Assembly (NCBI GenBank): GCA_016779165.1
Contig: JADHOE010000004.1
Location: 1-55,045, forward strand
Length of the DNA stretch: 55,045 nucleotides
Source: Candidatus Margulisiibacteriota bacterium
GTDB taxonomy: Bacteria; Margulisbacteria; Marinamargulisbacteria; UBA817
Direction of reading: 5' to 3'
Below the pieces are notes generated by a model, which made no database searches, was not told the DNA's origin, and saw only the letters and a list, made by a program, of their open reading frames with translations. Shown here one piece after another: positions 49,244-55,045 of this stretch; within the stretch, counting starts at the first letter, position 1; each line of letters opens with the position of its first letter. The position numbers were made by a program, and so were the translations under genes.

Positions 49244-50251
49244 ATGAAAAAATTAAATATTTATGTTATTGCTGAGTCGTTTGTTGGTGAAGCTAACGGT
49301 GTTACAACCGCCATTCTTGAATTATTTGAGTCACTAAAAAAAAGCGATTCATTTAACGTTGTTGATTCGCCAAATGATGCCGATATCATTCATGCACATA
49401 CCATTGGACTGGACTATGTATTTAAGTCATTTAAATACAAGAAAAAAATGGTGGTATCCGCACATGTCGTGCCAGATTCCTTCATTGGCAGTTTAATTTT
49501 AAGTGAGTTGTGGCGCCCCATCGCAAAACAATACTTAAAATATGTATACAATCGATCAAAGGAAGTCATTGCGGTATCCCCAGTGGTAAAAACTGAGCTT
49601 GAGGCTATCGGTGTAAGATCAAAAATTCATGTGCTATGCAATAGTGTTAACCGACAAAAGTTTAGCCAATCAAATGAATTAAGAGCCACATTCAGAAAAA
49701 AGTTAAACCTAACCAATGAGTTTGTTGTGACATGTGTTGGGCAAATTCAACCAAGAAAAGGAATCTATGACTTTATTGATACAGCAAAAAAATGCCCTGA
49801 CATTACATTCGTTTGGGTGGGTGGCACACCATTTAAAGGGTTAACGGCTGAATATAAAAAATTGCAAACAGTTGTAAAGGACGCTCCTAAAAACATTATT
49901 TTTACTGGGATTGTCGATTTTGATGACATGCCGGGCTATTATGCCATGTCCGATGTCTTTTTTATGCCAAGTTTTCAGGAAAATTTTGCATTTGCTACCA
50001 TTGAAGCCAGTTCGGTTAAGCTTCCATTGGTGCTTCGTGACAACGTTGAGTACCCATCTTCCTTGTTTACCCATTACCTTAAAGGTAAAAACGCGGATGA
50101 ATTTTCAGCCATTATTTCAAAATTGTATCAAGATTCTGACCACTTCAATCACTGGCAAAATGAATCTGAAACGTTGGCCAGCAAATACTCTTTGGATGCC
50201 TACATGATCAATCTTAAAAATATTTATGAGGGGTTATTGAATAAGGTTTGA
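49244..50251 (+). CDS. GT4 glycosyltransferase, diglycosyl-diacylglycerol synthase (CpoA/Dgs)-like
   Basis: GV-TA, IIHAHT, SAHVVPDS-GS, GQIQPRKG, FVWVGG, PSFQENF-IEA, LRD. Confidence 0.8.
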   Translation: MKKLNIYVIAESFVGEANGVTTAILELFESLKKSDSFNVVDSPNDADIIHAHTIGLDYVFKSFKYKKKMVVSAHVVPDSFIGSLILSELWRPIAKQYLKYVYNRSKEVIAVSPVVKTELEAIGVRSKIHVLCNSVNRQKFSQSNELRATFRKKLNLTNEFVVTCVGQIQPRKGIYDFIDTAKKCPDITFVWVGGTPFKGLTAEYKKLQTVVKDAPKNIIFTGIVDFDDMPGYYAMSDVFFMPSFQENFAFATIEASSVKLPLVLRDNVEYPSSLFTHYLKGKNADEFSAIISKLYQDSDHFNHWQNESETLASKYSLDAYMINLKNIYEGLLNKV

Positions 50252-51408
50252 TACGCCCAAACAAAAAGGCCGGCTGACCAAGCAAATCCTTCTTCGCTTT
50301 TATAAAACAAGCGCTTCACTGGTTCACCTGTTCGATTATAAACTTCATAGACACTGTTATCACGAATGATTTTTTGTGACATGGCCATTAAACAGTCCAT
50401 TGCCATTCCAGTTTCATTGTTATTGTGCAATGCCACACTTGAAATGCATGAAATCCAAAACCATATCAACCCATTGTGATAATCTTTTAACCCAATAAAT
50501 AAAAACGGGGGGTAGATATCTTTCCACGAATATTGACGGTGTACAACTGGAAACCCAAAGGGAGTCATCACCTTTTCTTTGGATAAATAGTGAATAATCG
50601 CCGTTGATTGTGACGGCTCAGAAATATTAAACAACATGGCCAGCATATTCCCTTCAACAGAAAATGTGGTTTGAGTTTTTGTGCTGCTTACCCAATCATT
50701 AAAGTAATTTCCATTCCAAAACGTGCGTGTAATGTCAGCTTTAACCTGTGCCAATTGATCCTTAAACATTGCTGAATCTAGTGATTCGCCCAATGCATTT
50801 GCAATATGTATTTTGGCGTTAATCGCTTCAAAATAAAGCACATTTGTGTACAAGACAACGCCCCGTTTTTTTACACTATCGGCCCAGCCCGCGTATGGGC
50901 CTTCAACAACCAATCCGTTGCTTAAATATGCATCATAAAAATGAAGGGCACGTTTGAGCTTCTGATAGTGATTTTTTGCAAATTCAATGTCGCCTGTCTT
51001 TTTTAGGTACTTATTAAATAAAATAAGAATCAATGCATTTGAATCCATGGGAATGGATACATATTTATCTTCAATATAGGTTGGGCCTTGTGGCCCTTTT
51101 AGGCCAATGTACTTTAACAAAAAATATTTTTGCCCAATTCGTAATGGGCATTGTCCCTTGTCATTCATGTGGTTAAGCGTATGGCTTAAAAATTGCTGAA
51201 CGATTGCAGTATCATTAATCTCTAACGCTCCCCAGCTGGCAAAACATGAATCACGAACCCAAACATCAGAAAAGTGGGTTTGCCCAGCATTAATTCCATG
51301 GGTATTATAGGCGTTTTTAAGAACAGTTTCACAAATAGTGAATGCTTTTTTTAACGTGTCATTCTGAATAATATCGGATGAAACGGATGTGCTTGGATTG
51401 TTGCTCAT
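50224..51408 (-). CDS. (alpha/alpha)6 glycoside hydrolase (amylo-alpha-1,6-glucosidase / alkaline invertase-like)
   Basis: AG-HF-DVWVRDS, WAD, LYTNVLY, YHNG-IW, E-Y, FAWSAG. Confidence 0.7.
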   Translation of the reverse strand: MSNNPSTSVSSDIIQNDTLKKAFTICETVLKNAYNTHGINAGQTHFSDVWVRDSCFASWGALEINDTAIVQQFLSHTLNHMNDKGQCPLRIGQKYFLLKYIGLKGPQGPTYIEDKYVSIPMDSNALILILFNKYLKKTGDIEFAKNHYQKLKRALHFYDAYLSNGLVVEGPYAGWADSVKKRGVVLYTNVLYFEAINAKIHIANALGESLDSAMFKDQLAQVKADITRTFWNGNYFNDWVSSTKTQTTFSVEGNMLAMLFNISEPSQSTAIIHYLSKEKVMTPFGFPVVHRQYSWKDIYPPFLFIGLKDYHNGLIWFWISCISSVALHNNNETGMAMDCLMAMSQKIIRDNSVYEVYNRTGEPVKRLFYKSEEGFAWSAGLFVWAYQTLFNNPS

Positions 51409-51437
51409 GTTATCTATTATTCCCCAAACGAACCATT

Positions 51438-52757
51438 TTAAACACTATTTTTTGATCGAAACTCAAATTTCATCCCCACCCCGGTTGAATTTGGAAAAAA
51501 TTCTCGAAATGCGCGTTCAAAGTTTCGCAAGAACGACTGACTAAGCAAGCGTTTATCATTCACTTTAAAAACAAATTGGGGGGGGCATGCTGATACTTGT
51601 GTAGCATAATACACTTTAAATTGTTTTCCTTTTTTAGACGGGGGATGATTTATTTCAAAAAAATGTTCGAGAAACCGGTTCAATTCCCCAGTTGGTATGC
51701 GATGTTGGGATGCCTCGTGAACGCCCTTTATGACACGAAGAACCGATTGAATATTATGTTTTTCTTTGGCGGATCCCATAATGATTGGGTAGTACTTTAA
51801 CTGGGGCACTTGGTATTGCAACATGCCAATAATATCGTTTCTTGTTTGGTCTGATTTAACCTGGGTATCCCATTTATTGACAAACACAACCATATTTTTA
51901 CTTAACTTAAAAATATGGTTGAGTATCTTTTTATCTTGATCGGCCAACAAATCTTGAACATCCACCATAAACAATACGACATTTGATGACTCAATGGCTT
52001 TTTCAGTTCGAACAATTGAGAAATACTCAATGGTATCTGTGATTTTACGGCGCTTCCGTATGCCAGCTGTATCCATAAATGTTACCCACTCGTTATCAAC
52101 CATGCACCTTGATTCATTTATATCTCGTGTGGTGCCCATGACATCATCAACCAAGGCTTTATTCTGGTTAAAAATGGCGTTATAAAGCGATGATTTACCC
52201 ACATTGGGTTTGCCTATCAATGACACTCGAATGGATTCCTCAATATGGTCATCGTCTTGATGCAACAAATCCACGGTAATATCATCCAAAACATCGCCAA
52301 TGCCATTCCCTTGAATTGCAGATACTGGGTAAAATGGCGATACACCATAGGTGTAAAACGCATGCAAATCCTGCTGACGTTCAAAATTGTCAACTTTATT
52401 AATTAGTAGCATGACCTTATGCTGAAATGGCTTTAACCATTGGTTGATATCAAGGTCTAATGGGTGTTCTGGAAAATTAAAATCCACCATAAATAAAATT
52501 TTGTGGGATTGGATAAGTTCCTGTTCAACCAATTGATTGATGTTTTTTTGGTAATGATTGGAATTATCTTTTGAAAAATCCAGCCCGCCAGTATCGCAAA
52601 TTTTAAAGGCTTTTCCATTCCAAATGATGTCAAAATATCGAACATCCCTGGTAACGCCTTCCTCTCGAGCTGTAATGGCGATATTCTTCCCTAACAAACG
52701 ATTTAAAAATGATGATTTCCCAACATTTGGGCGGCCTAGGATCACTATCTTTTTCAT
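51438..52757 (-). CDS. der: Ribosome biogenesis GTPase Der (EngA)
   Basis: Two G domains (GRPNVGKS/DTGG/NKVD and GKPNVGKS/DTAG/NKWD) and a KH-like C-terminus. Confidence 0.97.
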   Translation of the reverse strand: MKKIVILGRPNVGKSSFLNRLLGKNIAITAREEGVTRDVRYFDIIWNGKAFKICDTGGLDFSKDNSNHYQKNINQLVEQELIQSHKILFMVDFNFPEHPLDLDINQWLKPFQHKVMLLINKVDNFERQQDLHAFYTYGVSPFYPVSAIQGNGIGDVLDDITVDLLHQDDDHIEESIRVSLIGKPNVGKSSLYNAIFNQNKALVDDVMGTTRDINESRCMVDNEWVTFMDTAGIRKRRKITDTIEYFSIVRTEKAIESSNVVLFMVDVQDLLADQDKKILNHIFKLSKNMVVFVNKWDTQVKSDQTRNDIIGMLQYQVPQLKYYPIIMGSAKEKHNIQSVLRVIKGVHEASQHRIPTGELNRFLEHFFEINHPPSKKGKQFKVYYATQVSACPPQFVFKVNDKRLLSQSFLRNFERAFREFFPNSTGVGMKFEFRSKNSV

Positions 52758-52763
52758 ACCGTC

Positions 52764-52792
52764 AATTTATCGGAGTTTAAATGGCTTTGCAA
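52764..52792 (-). promoter_or_regulatory. Promoter of der, predicted leaderless
   Basis: Minus strand TTGCAA (52792-52787), 17 nt, TAAATT (52769-52764), 6 nt, ATG 52757. Confidence 0.6.
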
Positions 52793-53038
52793 CAAAAGAC
52801 CTCCAAAACATTGGACACGTGTTGATAGCCAGTAAAAAAAGAGGGTTTATCTAGTCAAACTTAAAGTACCGTCAAACGTTCGGTAGAATGAACAAGGTTA
52901 TCCCATGCTGTACTACGCCCATTAGTCAATGATTCTTGAAAATCTCTACAATTAATTTAGATAAACTAATCCATATTGATGACACTTGATAAAAATCATA
53001 ATATCTCGTAAAACTACATGTGAAGGATGTGATTAACT

Positions 53039-53656
53039 ATGACAACTAGTAACAATTTAAAATGTTTAGCCATTGCTGGAGCAGCTTCACTAGCAGCTGT
53101 TACCCCCCCCCCAACAAATAATAATTTTTGTGGCTACACTTTAACGCAAATTACACCTGAACATAAAAAAAATTTTCTTACCGGAGTTTCTCCCGAATAT
53201 GATAAATGCTTGAATCTTACAACATCCAAGTGTCATGAGAAAAACAATAAAAACAACTACGTTTCTAGACCTTATGGCCTTGTTGGTGAGGAAATACATT
53301 GCCCGCCAGAGGTCTTCCCTCTTACAGACACTGTCCTAGAAACAGCATCAGTTGGATCTTTAGTTATTTATGATGCAAACAATCACCAACCGTATGCTCA
53401 TGACGTTTTTTTTGATAAATTTAAACCAATTGGAGGACTTAAACCAGGAGAAGTCTATACAGAAAACGTAGGCCCTAATTATTATGCAAAGGAAGGTGAC
53501 CCGATAAATGTATCTGCAACTCCAGGATTTACACCAGTAGCTACAGTAATAAGTTGTGATGAGAAAGGCAATATAACATTTGTTGTTTTACCATCAATTG
53601 ACACTCGTAGTTTTTCAGATAATACGTGTTTTGATAATACGTGCAAAAAAAAATAA
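53039..53656 (+). CDS. Hypothetical Cys-containing protein with an N-terminal hydrophobic segment
   Basis: 205-aa ORF with AAGGA upstream. No family recognised. Contains a C10 tract. Confidence 0.55.
   Translation: MTTSNNLKCLAIAGAASLAAVTPPPTNNNFCGYTLTQITPEHKKNFLTGVSPEYDKCLNLTTSKCHEKNNKNNYVSRPYGLVGEEIHCPPEVFPLTDTVLETASVGSLVIYDANNHQPYAHDVFFDKFKPIGGLKPGEVYTENVGPNYYAKEGDPINVSATPGFTPVATVISCDEKGNITFVVLPSIDTRSFSDNTCFDNTCKKK
53618..53643 (+). repeat. Short direct duplication, period 15
   Basis: GATAATACGTG at 53618 and 53633, encoding DNTCF-DNTC. Confidence 0.7.
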
Positions 53657-53930
53657 GAGCATTGATTGATTCAATTTGATTAATACAGAATAAAATAAAC
53701 AAATAGCGGCGGCTATTACTCAGAATTTCGTTTGCAATTTCAACCCATTGGAAGGTTAGTAGATGTAAGGTTGAATACAAGGGTAATGTTTAGCTTATGT
53801 GGCCATGGTTACCGGCAACATGCTGCCATTAAGAAGTCGTAATGATTTCATGACATTCTTTCGCATATTCTGATGCATCAGTTTGAAAAAAAAGTGCAGG
53901 GTAATTTAAATTGTTTTATAATAACGGCCT

Positions 53931-55045
53931 ATGAATCTATTGGAATCTTACAACAAAGTCTGTTCAGCAGATGTTTCTTTAGTGGCTAAGGAAACCCCGC
54001 TTCAATTAGCACCCATATTATCTAAAAAACTTAATCATCAGATTTGGATGAAGCGGGAAGACATGCAGCCGGTATTTTCGTTTAAATGCCGAGGTGCGCA
54101 CAATAAAATTCGTCAATTGGCGGATGATCAAAAAAGAGCAGGCATTATTGCAGCATCTGCCGGAAACCATGCCCAAGGGGTTGCATTAAGTGCGCAAAAA
54201 CTAAACATAGCATGCACCATTGTTATGCCAACCACGACGCCAAAGATAAAAGTGGATGCTGTGTCGGCGTTGGGAGCAATCACTGTGCTATTTGGTGATT
54301 CATACGACGATGCCTACGAGCACGCGCTAGGTCTATCAAAAACAACACATCAATTGTTCATTCACCCCTACGATGACCCGGATGTCATTGCTGGGCAAGG
54401 CACCATTGCACTTGAAATTATTCAGCAATTGAAAACTCCAATTGATGCCATTTTTGTGGCTGTTGGTGGTGGTGGTTTATTGGCGGGTGTTTTGTCTGTG
54501 TTTAAAGTGGTAAGCCCCTCAACAAAAGTCATCGGCGTAGAGCCAGAAAACTCCAATTGCTTAGCCGTTGCTTTAAAAGAGAATAAACGGGTCAAATTAA
54601 AATCAGTTGGCATTTTTACCGATGGTGTTGCTGTAAAGCAAATTGGAGAAACCACATTTCCTCTGATTAAAGATCACATTGATGGGGTAATTTGTGTGAG
54701 CATTGATGAAATTTGTGCAGCAATCAAAGACATTTATAATGAAACTAGAGGCATTGTTGAGCCTGCCGGGGCCTTATCCATGGCCGGATTAAAACAGTAC
54801 ATTAAACAGCACCCAAACGAAAGTAATCTTAATCTTGTTGCCATTAATTGTGGCGCAAACATGAACTTTGATCGACTTCGGCACATTGCTGAACGAACAG
54901 AAATTGGTGAAAACAAAGAACTGTTGTTGTGTGTTGAATTGGATGAAGCCCCAGGTTCACTTTTTAAATTTTGCACCCATTTAAACAACAGAACCATTAC
55001 AGAATTTAATTATCGCTTTCAGTCCAATCGGTTGGGGCGTGTGTT
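53931..55045 (+). CDS. ilvA: Threonine dehydratase, biosynthetic, 3' partial
   Basis: Not in the ORF track because it runs off the window. Hand translation from ATG 53931 gives ETPLQ, KREDMQPVFSFKCRGA, ASAGNHAQG, HPYDD-VIAGQGT, GGGGL, GANMNFDRL. Confidence 0.95.
   Translation, partial: MNLLESYNKVCSADVSLVAKETPLQLAPILSKKLNHQIWMKREDMQPVFSFKCRGAHNKIRQLADDQKRAGIIAASAGNHAQGVALSAQKLNIACTIVMPTTTPKIKVDAVSALGAITVLFGDSYDDAYEHALGLSKTTHQLFIHPYDDPDVIAGQGTIALEIIQQLKTPIDAIFVAVGGGGLLAGVLSVFKVVSPSTKVIGVEPENSNCLAVALKENKRVKLKSVGIFTDGVAVKQIGETTFPLIKDHIDGVICVSIDEICAAIKDIYNETRGIVEPAGALSMAGLKQYIKQHPNESNLNLVAINCGANMNFDRLRHIAERTEIGENKELLLCVELDEAPGSLFKFCTHLNNRTITEFNYRFQSNRLGRV

Noticed and set aside
52793-53038. Short palindromes (ACACGTGT, TACCG/CGGTA) upstream of der
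   Set aside because: Stems are too short and match no RNA family I recognise.
53780-53820. Partial resemblance to the 3' end of a c-di-GMP-I riboswitch (TATG...GCC...GGTTACC)
   Set aside because: The GCAAA / GNRA / GACGCAAA core is missing.
169-54997. Dozens of short antisense or alternate-frame ORFs in the track, for example 3600-4022, 21460-21930, 54422-54655 and 54734-54997
   Set aside because: They lie within well-supported genes and have no motifs. The last two are antisense to ilvA.
1-55045. tRNA, rRNA, CRISPR array, prophage or IS
   Set aside because: None seen by eye. Intergenic gaps are short and there is no repeat-spacer pattern, integrase or transposase ORF.

Overview
AT-rich bacterial chromosome segment, probably from a diderm heterotroph. 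The taxon cannot be fixed from sequence alone; Margulisbacteria-like is only a guess. It is mostly housekeeping and metabolic: partial gor, cmoB, eukaryote-type UGPase, tilS, menA/menE, fbaB, cysE-trpC-trpF, priA, fabI, aceE-aceF-lpdA, gdhA, gcvP, der and partial ilvA (absent from the ORF track). I saw no tRNA, rRNA, CRISPR array or transposase. Signals a gene list would miss: (1) a near-canonical XerCD dif site at 2340-2367, so the window probably lies at the replication terminus; (2) a recurring leaderless architecture, with a -10 box 5-8 nt before the start codon, sometimes a -35 at 17 nt, and no SD; (3) a perfect internal SD plus in-frame ATG in a K+ channel gene, predicting a soluble RCK isoform; (4) several homologues that appear to have lost key residues (GT4, GH114-like, CsoR-like). 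The best candidate for an undescribed system is 41.9-47.6 kb: an MpaB-like oxygenase, a nucleosidase-GT2 fusion, and a ParB/Srx-like gene coupled to a spore-photoproduct-lyase-like radical SAM gene, split by an antisense three-gene metal cassette. All family calls are motif recognition by eye, and many start codons were refined from the ORF track.
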